A stretch of DNA of 44,711 nt from a bacterium. Lineage in GTDB: Bacteria; Auribacterota; UBA3054. Made by a program: the position numbers and the translations under genes. The notes beneath the pieces were generated by a model. That model was given only the letters and a program-made list of their open reading frames with translations. It ran no database searches and was not told the DNA's origin. This document shows, in pieces, positions 15,564 through 24,532 of this stretch. The stretch lies in contig JAFZID010000201.1 in NCBI GenBank assembly GCA_017554565.1, positions 1 through 44,711 of the forward strand, in the 5' to 3' direction. Each line of letters starts with the position of its first letter. Position 1 is the first letter of the stretch.

Positions 15564-16799
15564 TCATTCGTAACGGAGAGCCTGTACCGGCTTCATCCTG
15601 GCGGCCAGCAGCGCAGGGAAGACCGAAGCTAAAAGACACAAGACAAAAGCGCATCCGGCGATAAGCGCCACGTCGACCGGCACCACCTGGCTGGGGATGC
15701 CGTCCAGGTAATAGACGTTAGCCGGGAAAAGATCGATGCCGAAATGCAGCCGCAAGAAATGCAGAATGGGATTGACGTTGTAAGCGATCAAGGTTCCGCC
15801 CACCACGCCCAGGAAAAGCCCGGTCAGGGCGATGAAGAGACCCTGGATGGTGAAGATCAGCCCCACCGACCTGCTGGTGGCTCCCAGCGCCCTCAGAATG
15901 CCGATGTCCTTGGTCTTCCCAAGAACCACCATCACCAGCGTCGAAACGATGTTCAAAGCCGCCACCAGACTGATCAGAAGCAATATCAAGAACATCACGC
16001 GCTTTTCCAGCTGCACCGCCGCGAAAAGGTGCGCGTTCTGCTCCATCCAGGTCTGGACCGCGCAGCGGCCCCTGAGCTGTTCGCTCAGCTCCGCGGCCAC
16101 CGCCGCGGCGTTGTCCACGTCGTCCAAGGAGACTTTCAGCGCGTGCACCGCGCCGTGCATCTGGAAAAGATGGTTGGCCACCGCCAGAGTCGTGAGCCCG
16201 AACTGGGAGTCGTATTCGAAATTTCCGGAATGAAAGATCCCCGCCACTTCCAGCGTTTTCTGCACAGGGACCCTTCCGCCCGGCGTCTGCACAAAAGCCG
16301 GGGAAGTCAGGACGACCTTGTCCCCTTTCATGACGCCCAGATTCCTGGCGTAGGTGTCGCCCAAAATGACCTGGCTGTCAGTCAGAGTCCCGCCGGCGTC
16401 CTGGATGTAACTGTGCAGTTCCGAAGCCGAGTCCTCCAGACTGGGATCTATGCCCAGGACCACCAGAGGATGCCCCTTGTCCCTGGTGGAGAGAAGCACC
16501 GGGCCCCTGATATAGGGCGCCGCGCCCTTAACGTGGGGATTCTTCTTCACGATCTCCATAGGCTCCTCCCAATTGGGCAGGATAAACCTGACAGGGCCCG
16601 TGACGGTAACGTGGGCGAAAACGCTTATGACCTTCGTCTTCATCTCCTTTTCGAAACCCGTCATCACCGACAGCACGATGATCAAAGCCGCCACGCCGAT
16701 AATAACGCAGACGACTGAGATCAAAGAGAAGAAGGAAACGAACCCTCTGTGGCTCTTGGAGCGCAAAAGATAGCGCAAAGCTAAAAACACTTCATACAT
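15564..16799 (-). CDS. LolC/LolE-family lipoprotein-releasing ABC transporter permease
   Basis: The ORF-track start at 16808 is a TTG. The ATG at 16797-16799 gives MYEVFLALRYLLRSKSHRGF..., the typical LolC/E start. FtsX-type C-terminal TM bundle. 1-nt gap to acpS. Confidence 0.85.
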   Translation of the reverse strand: MYEVFLALRYLLRSKSHRGFVSFFSLISVVCVIIGVAALIIVLSVMTGFEKEMKTKVISVFAHVTVTGPVRFILPNWEEPMEIVKKNPHVKGAAPYIRGPVLLSTRDKGHPLVVLGIDPSLEDSASELHSYIQDAGGTLTDSQVILGDTYARNLGVMKGDKVVLTSPAFVQTPGGRVPVQKTLEVAGIFHSGNFEYDSQFGLTTLAVANHLFQMHGAVHALKVSLDDVDNAAAVAAELSEQLRGRCAVQTWMEQNAHLFAAVQLEKRVMFLILLLISLVAALNIVSTLVMVVLGKTKDIGILRALGATSRSVGLIFTIQGLFIALTGLFLGVVGGTLIAYNVNPILHFLRLHFGIDLFPANVYYLDGIPSQVVPVDVALIAGCAFVLCLLASVFPALLAARMKPVQALRYE

Positions 16800-16832
16800 A
16801 ATGGTCAATTATACCATTTATGAAGAGACGCT

Positions 16833-17363
16833 CTATTTGATGATCCTGTAGTAGTTTTCTTTCCTGGGTTTGGGGGGAGCCGCCTCCTTGTCTATGTAGC
16901 CTAAGGATATGCTGCCGATGCCTATCAGTCCTTCCGGGAGCCCCAGCTTCGCCATAAGCTCCTTGCCTTCCTCGGTGGCGAACATTTCCCTTTCCCTGTT
17001 GATCCAGCAGGAGCCCAAGCCTATGGCGTGGGCGGCGTTCATCATATTGCCGAGGACAAGGGAGCCGTCGCAGACGGAGTTTCCCCATTTTTCCAAAGGA
17101 GAGCCGAAGACGAGCACGATGGTCGGCGCGCCGTAATACGGATTGCCTTTGCTGTTCATCACCGCCGCGTTCATCCTGACGAGCTGTGCGATTATCTCGG
17201 GGTCCTGCACGGCCACGATCCAGGGATCCTGGTAGCCCATGCCGGTGGGCGCATACGTTCCGGCCTCGAGCACGGCCTTCAGTTCTTCGTCCGTGATCTG
17301 TTCTTTTTTAAAACTGCGGATGCTGCGGCGTTCGCGCAAGGCTTTCAAGATCTCGTTGTCCAT
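16833..17363 (-). CDS. nitroreductase family protein
   Basis: 176 aa, with RRSIRSFKKEQITDEELKAVLEAGTYAPTG typical of the FMN-dependent nitroreductase fold. Confidence 0.85.
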   Translation of the reverse strand: MDNEILKALRERRSIRSFKKEQITDEELKAVLEAGTYAPTGMGYQDPWIVAVQDPEIIAQLVRMNAAVMNSKGNPYYGAPTIVLVFGSPLEKWGNSVCDGSLVLGNMMNAAHAIGLGSCWINREREMFATEEGKELMAKLGLPEGLIGIGSISLGYIDKEAAPPKPRKENYYRIIK

Positions 17364-17485
17364 AATTGCTCCTGATTGGGGAATGCGGTTTTATTGGTTA
17401 ACACGGCTTCGGCTTCCGCTTCGTCTCTTTAGGCGGTCATGATCGCAAGCAAAACAAACAAAGCGCCGCGCATATTGTCTCCCGT

Positions 17486-18256
17486 TTATCTGTTCAGATT
17501 TATCGTCTTCGGCATGGCTATGCCGTTCCTTACGATCGTCAAGGTCAGGCTGGCGCCGCGATTCCCCGCCACCATGGAGTTGAAGGAGACGGTGTCGTAA
17601 ACAGGGCTGCCGTTGAATTCTATGATGACGTCGTCTTTCAGGATGTCGGCGTAGAAGGCCGGGGTGTTCCTGACGACGGTGTCAACGATTATGCCTTTGT
17701 TGGTGCCCAGCCTGGCGTGGGCGTCGGAATTAAGATCGGAGCAGGCAAGGCCGATGCCGGCGTTGCCGGAGCGCTTGAAGAAAAACGCCGCGTAGGAATA
17801 GATGTCCACCAGTTTCTGGACGTATTTCGTCTGGGTGGTGTTGATCTCCGTGTAGGAGGACTTGCCGTTGGAATGGCGCGTATAGGCGGTGGTCTTGACC
17901 GGCTCGTCCTCGTAGTAGCTCTGGTCGTCGGTCCTTTCGAAGGTCACGTAATAGAGCGCAATGTCGGCGTAAACGTTGGTGGCCTGCTGCCAGACGTAGG
18001 CTTCGCTGGAGGAGATATACCTGTCGTCCTGAGAGAAAGCGGAGCTGCCGATGACGGAATAGCCCCTTTCCAGTATCCCGTTGTAAGTGTTGTCAAAATT
18101 CGCCCTTTCGCACTTTATGACCTGAGGGTGCGGATTGAATTCCGACGCCGGCACCCGGTAATAGGAGGTGTAGGCGTCCGCGAAAGGATTGGCGCAGCCG
18201 GCAAGGAACGAGACGGAAAGCAGAATAAGCAACTTGAAAAAATAATGTTTTTTCAT
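17486..18256 (-). CDS. lipoprotein with C-terminal PDZ domain
   Basis: The ATG at 18254-18256 gives MKKHYFFKLLILLSVSFLAGC (lipobox LAGC). The C-terminus (GIIVDTVVRNTPAFYADILKDDVIIEFNGSPV...LTLTIVRNG) is PDZ-like. The ORF-track N-terminal extension is rejected. Confidence 0.75.
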   Translation of the reverse strand: MKKHYFFKLLILLSVSFLAGCANPFADAYTSYYRVPASEFNPHPQVIKCERANFDNTYNGILERGYSVIGSSAFSQDDRYISSSEAYVWQQATNVYADIALYYVTFERTDDQSYYEDEPVKTTAYTRHSNGKSSYTEINTTQTKYVQKLVDIYSYAAFFFKRSGNAGIGLACSDLNSDAHARLGTNKGIIVDTVVRNTPAFYADILKDDVIIEFNGSPVYDTVSFNSMVAGNRGASLTLTIVRNGIAMPKTINLNR

Positions 18257-18269
18257 AGCTAGCCAAAAG

Positions 18270-18298
18270 TAATTGGTTAAAGGTCTTTTAACCAATTA
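18270..18298. promoter_or_regulatory. perfect 12-bp inverted repeat (TAATTGGTTAAA-5 nt-TTTAACCAATTA)
   Basis: Lies between the stop of the 884-aa gene (18322) and the start of the PDZ lipoprotein gene (18256). It could be an operator or an AU-rich terminator hairpin. Confidence 0.4.
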
Positions 18299-18321
18299 TA
18301 GCAATTTTTGCCAAAATTCGT

Positions 18322-20976
18322 TTATTCGAAGGGCTTGAAAAAATGGCTCTTGGCGGCGAAGAAGCTCTGGGGGCGCTTTTCTCCGCGGCGCCAGCGGCGC
18401 TGGATGAGGAAGGAGCCCTGTCTTTTGGCAGAGGAGTTTTCCGCTTTTTTTCCGCTCTTGGCTTCCACTTCGTAATAGACGACAAAGCTGTCGCAGCGGT
18501 CTTCGGCGTTTTTCCTGACAAGGTTGTCCGAGACCAGGAAGGGCTGCCGCAGCCATTCGCCTCCGTCTAATTTGATTTTAATAAACCCGCCTTTAAGTCT
18601 GTGCTCTTCCCCTACTCTTCCGAGATGCAATACGCCGCCCTCGGGGAATTTCGCAAATTTCAAACGCGGCTCCCAAAGATCTAATTCCCTGTTGTAAACA
18701 CTGGCATTGTACTTGGGAACGGCCTTTCGGGGGAAGGGCGCATGCCCAGGAAGATAAAGATCGCCTGGCAAAAGGGCTTCGGGCGGCAATTTCAAAAGCC
18801 AAACGCTCTCGTCATAACTTTGATTTAGAAGATAGATCTCTTTACCGTCAGGGGCGACGATCACTTCTTCTCCGCCTTTAAGGCCATGGTTTCTGTCCAG
18901 GGTGACCGTCGCTCCCGTGGAGGCGGTTATCCTGAAAACTTCGCCGTCTTTCGTTATGAGGTCGCAGCCTTTCAAAAGATCCTCCCGGAAGGAAACGCCG
19001 TCTGTGAAAGTCAGCTTGTCGTCGGCGACAGGCTTGACTTTGAATTTTGTTTCGGTACAGTTTTCGGCTTTTTCAGCGAAAGGCAATATGATCTTGTCGC
19101 TGTGCATGCTTTCCATTAGCTCCGCAATATCCTTGCGTTCGATCTTGTTGTCCTCCGCCCTGTGATAGCCGGGCGAATTGGGGATCTCGCTAAAAGAATT
19201 GAAGAGGGCGGTCTTCTGGCCCCATTGGTCGAGGATATAAACTTCGTTCCTGAGGGACTCCAGGGCGAAATCTCCCAGATAGACCGTCTGAGATCTAAGA
19301 TATTTATAAGCATTATCACGATTTCCCACGAAAATCGTGATATGGTTTCCTTCCTGAGATAGAACCGGGAAAGGGGTCAAGCGCTTCCCTTCCTGATCAG
19401 CTGGCAAATAAGCGATAGAATATTCCAAGTGTCTGTTGGAACGCGGATGTTGCCTTCTGGTATCCAGACCAATTGAGAAGGTCCAGCCTCTCCGGTCTCC
19501 GCCGCCGCCTATTTCCCGGATCTTAATCGGCACGGCCCAGGAGGAAGGAATAGCGTAGCCGGTCACATCGTCATTCCCGTTGTCTTCAAACCAGGAAGCG
19601 ACGGTGGCGGTGTCGCCCGGCTGCAGAAGCGGCGTTCCTTTCCATTGGGGCGTTACGGCGTGTTTCTCCCCCTCCGGCGTTTCGCAGAGGATCGCCCAGG
19701 AAGCAAGGTGCAGCGCGTTGGAAGAAACGTTCTCGAAATGATAATAACTTGGGCTGTAGGCTTCCATGCCCATGATGAGCGCTGATCTACCTTTGCTGTT
19801 CACAGCAAAAGGCAGGCTGCCGTATTTTCCGCTGACGACGCGATAATAGCCGCCGGTCAACGCGCTACCTGCGGAAAAATCCGCTTCGGCGCCGCCTTTT
19901 AGAACGCCGAGCTTCACGCGGTAGGAATAGTTTGTCTGCAAACCTTCCAGAAGCCAAAGATCTCTCTTTTTAAGCGTCAGAACACCCCTTTCTTCCCTAT
20001 CGTTGCACCAGCTTCTCGTTACGGTGGAACCCATGGTGACTTCCGGCTTGCCCTCCAGAAGGAAACCGTCTTTCCTGGCTTCCAGGATCTTGGCGGATAC
20101 GTATTTTCCGCCGCAGGAGGAAAGGAAGCTTACGGTCTCGCCGACCCAATCCCAATCCTGCCAGAGGCTGCCTATGCGCTCGCGGCCCGCCTTGTCAGCA
20201 AAATTATCCCACTCCGCCTTTTCCTCTTTGCCGTAAGGTTTTTCTGTTAGGGTGACGAAAAGGTTGGTCTCCCCTCCTGTTTCTTCATAGGCCGTTTTCG
20301 TGACCATGAAGCCCCGGTAAGGCTCCAGGGTTTTCGTGTCCAGGTCGAAAAAAGCGCTCAGACGGCCGATCTTCCAATAGGGAAGAAATCTGTTGTCGCC
20401 TTTTGTCAGGCCGGTAAATCTCAAACTCTCCCCTGTTAGCGAAGCGCTTCTTCGCGTACGGTCCACGTCGATCTCGTCCAAAAGCGCGGCGGTCAGCTCC
20501 GGGGCGAGTTCCTCATCGCCTCTCGCCTTAAGAAACTCTTCGCATGCTCCCTGGATCCGCTCGCGGTTCTCCTCCTCGGCGTCCAGGACCGCCAGATTAG
20601 CCCTTTCTCTTCCCAAAGCGTCCCTGGGGGAAGTCAGAGGAGGGAAGCCGGCGAAGGGATCTTCCGCATCCTTCAGCTGATCCTCGAAACGAAAGCGGTA
20701 AGTGACTTCACCTTCGGCATCGTTCTGCCAGCCGGAGGAAAATGTCTTATAAAGCCCTTCGTTGGAGGTCGCGGCGTCGCAGAGGGCCAAAGCGTGAGCC
20801 AGAGCCGCCTGCTCGCCGTTTTCCAGGAGATTGTCGCAAAGATAATTCCTGCTCTGCCCCAAATGCAGGCTGAGCATGGCGCAGAATACAAGCGCCATGA
20901 GAGAAAAAAAGCCCAGGAGCAGCACCGTCATAACGAGCGCCGCTCCCTTGGCTTTTATTTTCCGGTTTAGGATCAT
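18322..20976 (-). CDS. large membrane-anchored/secreted protein with GspK/minor-pseudopilin-like N-terminal segment
   Basis: 884 aa. The N-terminus KGAALVMTVLLLGFFSLMALVFCAML resembles the hydrophobic start of T2SS GspK-type proteins; the rest is unassigned. GGAG RBS. ATGA overlap with the upstream gene. Confidence 0.55.
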   Translation of the reverse strand: MILNRKIKAKGAALVMTVLLLGFFSLMALVFCAMLSLHLGQSRNYLCDNLLENGEQAALAHALALCDAATSNEGLYKTFSSGWQNDAEGEVTYRFRFEDQLKDAEDPFAGFPPLTSPRDALGRERANLAVLDAEEENRERIQGACEEFLKARGDEELAPELTAALLDEIDVDRTRRSASLTGESLRFTGLTKGDNRFLPYWKIGRLSAFFDLDTKTLEPYRGFMVTKTAYEETGGETNLFVTLTEKPYGKEEKAEWDNFADKAGRERIGSLWQDWDWVGETVSFLSSCGGKYVSAKILEARKDGFLLEGKPEVTMGSTVTRSWCNDREERGVLTLKKRDLWLLEGLQTNYSYRVKLGVLKGGAEADFSAGSALTGGYYRVVSGKYGSLPFAVNSKGRSALIMGMEAYSPSYYHFENVSSNALHLASWAILCETPEGEKHAVTPQWKGTPLLQPGDTATVASWFEDNGNDDVTGYAIPSSWAVPIKIREIGGGGDRRGWTFSIGLDTRRQHPRSNRHLEYSIAYLPADQEGKRLTPFPVLSQEGNHITIFVGNRDNAYKYLRSQTVYLGDFALESLRNEVYILDQWGQKTALFNSFSEIPNSPGYHRAEDNKIERKDIAELMESMHSDKIILPFAEKAENCTETKFKVKPVADDKLTFTDGVSFREDLLKGCDLITKDGEVFRITASTGATVTLDRNHGLKGGEEVIVAPDGKEIYLLNQSYDESVWLLKLPPEALLPGDLYLPGHAPFPRKAVPKYNASVYNRELDLWEPRLKFAKFPEGGVLHLGRVGEEHRLKGGFIKIKLDGGEWLRQPFLVSDNLVRKNAEDRCDSFVVYYEVEAKSGKKAENSSAKRQGSFLIQRRWRRGEKRPQSFFAAKSHFFKPFE

Positions 20977-22211
20977 CTTCTCCTAATGAGCGCCGCCAAA
21001 ACAAGGGCGAACGCGAATACGCAGGCCGGTTCCGGAATGGGAGCCAGCGCGCCTAAGTAATAGCCTTCCCTCTGCGCGTCGGAATCGAAATTCGGCCTCA
21101 GGAAATCGGGATCCTCAGGATCCGTGGAGACGAATTTCGCCTCGCCGACCACGGGATAATCGCCGTAGGAGGCAACCTCTTCGAAAAGGTTGTCGCTGAA
21201 TTTGACCTTTTCGCTCCAGGACGCTTCCGCGAACTGCACGGTCTCGTCGCCCTTCTGGAAAATGTTGTCATTGACGTACGTCTTGGACCTGGGGTCGAGC
21301 CCGGTGTCGGTCAAAGAAACGTGCGTGCCGGAATTCAGAACGCAGGTGTTGTGGCTGAATTCCAGATCGTCGCAGACGCCGGAATACAAGACCGCTTGCT
21401 GCTGACCGAAGAAAAGGTTCTGCTTGATCTTGACGTTTTCCGTAAGCCTGGAATAGACCGCGTTGGTCCAGCCTTCGAAGACCATGGCTCTGCCGCCGCC
21501 CAGGAAGGTGTTGCTGACGACCAAAGCCTTTTCCTGGGAGGAAAGGTGCATAAGGTCGCCTTCGCCCTGGAACTTGCAGAGGGAGACCATGCTCCAGTGG
21601 TCGGCTTCCACAAGAGATTGGTTGTGGCGCTGGTCAAGGTCCCTGAGCCTGAAGCAGACGCAGCCGTTGGAGGCGTAGAATTCGCAGTTCTTAACGCCGA
21701 AGCGCATCTTTTCAGGCGTTTCCCTGACGGATTCTTCCCAGGAGACCCAGGTCTGAATATCGGCGCAGTAAAAGACGCCCGCCGGGCTGGCGATGTCGTT
21801 TTTAACGATCAGGTCCTCAAGGCCGACCTGAGCCGGGGGCATGCAGGCGTAGAAAGGACTGGCGTAGTTGTCGCCGCTCTTTATGACGGTCTGCGCCACT
21901 TCCCCGGTGACGGTGATCTCCGGCTTAACGTCGCCGTAGCCCTTCAAACGCATGGCGTTTTTATTGGGGATCTCGATTGGGCCGTAATAAGGGGTGCCGG
22001 TGCCCTTGATCCAGATGGTGTCCGCCGAGAAAGTCGCGTTGCTGGCGACGGAGGCCGCCACGGCTTCCTGGATGGTCTTGAATGGCGCCGCCTCGGTGCC
22101 GACGGAGTCGCCCTCGAAGGTGTTGTCCACATACCAGTCGATCCAGCCGCCGGCATGCAAAGTCAAAGCGATAGAAAGGACAAAAAGAGTTGCTAAGAGT
22201 GTCTTGCGCAT
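20973..22211 (-). CDS. PEP-CTERM-anchored secreted protein, probable right-handed parallel beta-helix
   Basis: 412 aa. Signal peptide MRKTLLATLFVLSIALTLHA/G. Repeated PbH1-like N-x-F rungs (VKNCEFYASNG, VSNTFLGGG, KQNLFFGQQ, SHNTCVLNS, NDNIFQKGD, SDNLFEEVA). C-terminus PIPEPACVFAFALVLAALIRRR. Confidence 0.7.
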   Translation of the reverse strand: MRKTLLATLFVLSIALTLHAGGWIDWYVDNTFEGDSVGTEAAPFKTIQEAVAASVASNATFSADTIWIKGTGTPYYGPIEIPNKNAMRLKGYGDVKPEITVTGEVAQTVIKSGDNYASPFYACMPPAQVGLEDLIVKNDIASPAGVFYCADIQTWVSWEESVRETPEKMRFGVKNCEFYASNGCVCFRLRDLDQRHNQSLVEADHWSMVSLCKFQGEGDLMHLSSQEKALVVSNTFLGGGRAMVFEGWTNAVYSRLTENVKIKQNLFFGQQQAVLYSGVCDDLEFSHNTCVLNSGTHVSLTDTGLDPRSKTYVNDNIFQKGDETVQFAEASWSEKVKFSDNLFEEVASYGDYPVVGEAKFVSTDPEDPDFLRPNFDSDAQREGYYLGALAPIPEPACVFAFALVLAALIRRR

Positions 22212-22233
22212 AGTTTTTGGGGTTGTTGGTTAT

Positions 22234-22264
22234 ATCGTGTTACATTTTATCTAAATCGTGTTAC
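22234..22264. promoter_or_regulatory. direct repeat ATCGTGTTAC x2, 21 bp start to start, in a divergent intergenic region
   Basis: Perfect 10-mers at 22234-22243 and 22255-22264, between the divergently transcribed 412-aa and 584-aa genes. Confidence 0.4.
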
Positions 22265-22323
22265 TCAATCAAGGACGCAACTTTTTCGCTTTTTTGTCCG
22301 TTAGATATTAAGGAGGTACACAT

Positions 22324-24078
22324 ATGAAAAAACATCCGATCTTCGTCGCCGCTTTTTGCGCGCTTTTGAATTCTGTTTCCCTTTTCGCGGAAAACATAAC
22401 CATCGCCCAGTCGTCCTTCGGGGACACCTCCCTTTGGGAGTATGTTTCCAATCCGGGCCAGTACCAGGAGGAAAAATCCCATTGGGGCGTCCTGGAGGAG
22501 CTGAACGGGCATGCGGCGGAGGGCAGCGCTCTCTTCTGGGGCATCGGGGGCCTCGCCAAAAACAGCGAGGGCAAAAGCTATTACCACACCCTAAGCTTTC
22601 TGCCGCAGCAACTCGTCGGCGTGACAAATGTCTCGTTGGAATTTTCCTATTTCGCCGAAGGACTCGACCAGGGCGAAAACATCCAGTGGTGTCTTTTCTG
22701 CGACACCACCAATCTTTTCGGAAGCCTCACGCGCTCCCGGCTGGACACGAGCAACGAGTGGGAGACTGTTTCCATCGCCGTTCCTCAGGACGCTGATTCC
22801 GCCGGGATAATCTTTAGGATCAAGCAGCAGGGGGCCTCGGATTTCGCCGGGATCGGAAACGTTGCCCTAAGGGGCGAAACGTGCCCGGAGCGCGGAACGT
22901 TCCCTACCCTGGCGATAACCACCGCCAACTGGGACAGGGTAGAGATCAGCCTTGACCTCAGCGAGGACATGAACCTGCTCTGCCGCGCGGAAAACAAAAA
23001 CTATTTCGTCACCAACCGTCCGCAGAACGAAAGTTCTTACGAGATCGGCGCCGGTCTGGGGAAAACGGTAGTGGTGTCCGTCAATGAAAAAGAATTCAGC
23101 GACGAAAATGTCGCTCCCGGGAACACCTATTACTACAAAGCCTGGGGCCTCTCCCCGGAGGGAGCCTATTCCTGCGGCAGCCCCATAAAGGAAGTGACTG
23201 TTCCGGACCTTCCCGTTATCGACGTGGCGGTCCCCAGCGTGGAAGCCGGAACATTGACCGACGAGTGCGCCGTCATCCTAAGGCCTGATATCGACGAAAA
23301 ATTAACGGTCCTGGTGGACGTCGCCACCAGCAGGGATTTCCTGCCGAACCCGGGACTCTTCTTTTCCGAGTACGGCAAAGGCTCGGGGAACAACCGCTAC
23401 CTGGAAATTTACAATCCCTGCCCGGAAGCGATAGAGCTTGACGATATGAGCGTCTGCATCTTCAAGAACGGCTCGGAAGTCGCCGGACAGACGCTAGAGC
23501 TCTTCGGCTCGCTCCCCTCTTATGAGACGCTTTTGATCTGCAACAACAAGGCGGACGCCGTGCTGACGAACGCAGCCGACCTTGCGAGCGCCAAGCTAGA
23601 CTTCACCGGCAACGACGCGGTGGCCCTGATAAAGGGAGACGAGATCCTTGACATCATCGGCGTCATCGGCGAAGACCCCGGCACGGCCTGGCCCATCGGC
23701 GGGTACGCGACCGGCACCGCCAACCACACCATCATTAGATACCCCTATGTCAACCGGGGTTCCGCGACTTGGAAGAGCTCTCAGTGGGAGGTCCTGGAAA
23801 AAGATTACTTCAGCGACCTTAAGCGCCACGACTGCTCCGAACTGCGGCCCGGAACTTTGGTCTATGAAGGGCTCGCGGTCCCTGAGGACGGCCTGACGCT
23901 CACCAACCTCTCATCCTGCACCTTATACTACCTGCGGGCCAAAACCGCCTACAAAGGCGTCACAGGCGCCCAGGGAGGCGTTTGCGGTCCCTTCCAGCTG
24001 ATCCCCGAACCCGGCGCGCCGCTTTATCTGGCGCTTCTCCTTATCGGGGCTTCTTTCTTGCGTTCCTTTCCCCTTTAA
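22324..24078 (+). CDS. secreted protein with lamin-tail-domain (LTD)-like module and PEP-CTERM-like tail
   Basis: 584 aa with AGGAGG RBS. Signal peptide MKKHPIFVAAFCALLNSVSLFA/E. LTD-like segment FFSEYGKGSGNNRYLEIYNPCPEAIELDDMSVCIFKNG...NDAVALIKGDEILDIIG. C-terminus LIPEPGAPLYLALLLIGASFLRSFPL. Confidence 0.65.
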   Translation: MKKHPIFVAAFCALLNSVSLFAENITIAQSSFGDTSLWEYVSNPGQYQEEKSHWGVLEELNGHAAEGSALFWGIGGLAKNSEGKSYYHTLSFLPQQLVGVTNVSLEFSYFAEGLDQGENIQWCLFCDTTNLFGSLTRSRLDTSNEWETVSIAVPQDADSAGIIFRIKQQGASDFAGIGNVALRGETCPERGTFPTLAITTANWDRVEISLDLSEDMNLLCRAENKNYFVTNRPQNESSYEIGAGLGKTVVVSVNEKEFSDENVAPGNTYYYKAWGLSPEGAYSCGSPIKEVTVPDLPVIDVAVPSVEAGTLTDECAVILRPDIDEKLTVLVDVATSRDFLPNPGLFFSEYGKGSGNNRYLEIYNPCPEAIELDDMSVCIFKNGSEVAGQTLELFGSLPSYETLLICNNKADAVLTNAADLASAKLDFTGNDAVALIKGDEILDIIGVIGEDPGTAWPIGGYATGTANHTIIRYPYVNRGSATWKSSQWEVLEKDYFSDLKRHDCSELRPGTLVYEGLAVPEDGLTLTNLSSCTLYYLRAKTAYKGVTGAQGGVCGPFQLIPEPGAPLYLALLLIGASFLRSFPL

Positions 24079-24111
24079 GGTAGAATTATAACTACCAAAT
24101 CGAGGAAAACC

Positions 24112-24462
24112 ATGCAGCTGACATTACTGAAAGGCAAAATACACCGCGCCAGGGTGACGGAATGCGATCTCCACTACGCCGGCTCCATCGGCATAGATGA
24201 AGATCTCTTGTCCGCCGCCAACATTCTCCCCTACGAGAGAGTCTCCGTAGCCAACGTCACCAACGGATCGCGCTTCGACACCTACGTTCTGCCCGCCCCC
24301 AAGGGCAGCGGGACCATCGCAATTTACGGTGCGGCCGCTCACCTGGCGAAAATGAACGACATCATCATTATTTTCGCCTGGGCCAATATGGACGAAAAGG
24401 AAGCCCAGAGCTTCAAGCCTTCTATCTGCCTGGTGGACGAGAACAACAAGATCAAGTTCTAA
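24112..24462 (+). CDS. panD: aspartate 1-decarboxylase
   Basis: 116 aa. LLKGKIHRARVTECDLHYAGSIGID contains the Gly-Ser self-cleavage site; colinear with E. coli PanD. Confidence 0.92.
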   Translation: MQLTLLKGKIHRARVTECDLHYAGSIGIDEDLLSAANILPYERVSVANVTNGSRFDTYVLPAPKGSGTIAIYGAAAHLAKMNDIIIIFAWANMDEKEAQSFKPSICLVDENNKIKF

Positions 24463-24480
24463 AAAAGTTTTCTCGCAGCA

Positions 24481-24516
24481 AAAAAAGGGCGGGCTTAATG
24501 CCCGCCCTTTTTGTTT
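24481..24516. terminator. bidirectional intrinsic terminator
   Basis: An A-run, then GGGCGGGC, loop ttaat, GCCCGCCC, then a T-run. It lies between convergent panD and the 874-aa gene. Confidence 0.8.
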
Positions 24517-24532
24517 TGGCTTTGCCGGATCG

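Noticed and set aside
24079-24111. Small hairpin GGTAG-aattataa-CTACC between the 584-aa gene and panD.
   Set aside because: It has only a 5-bp stem and no U-run. The 33-nt gap more likely just holds the panD RBS.
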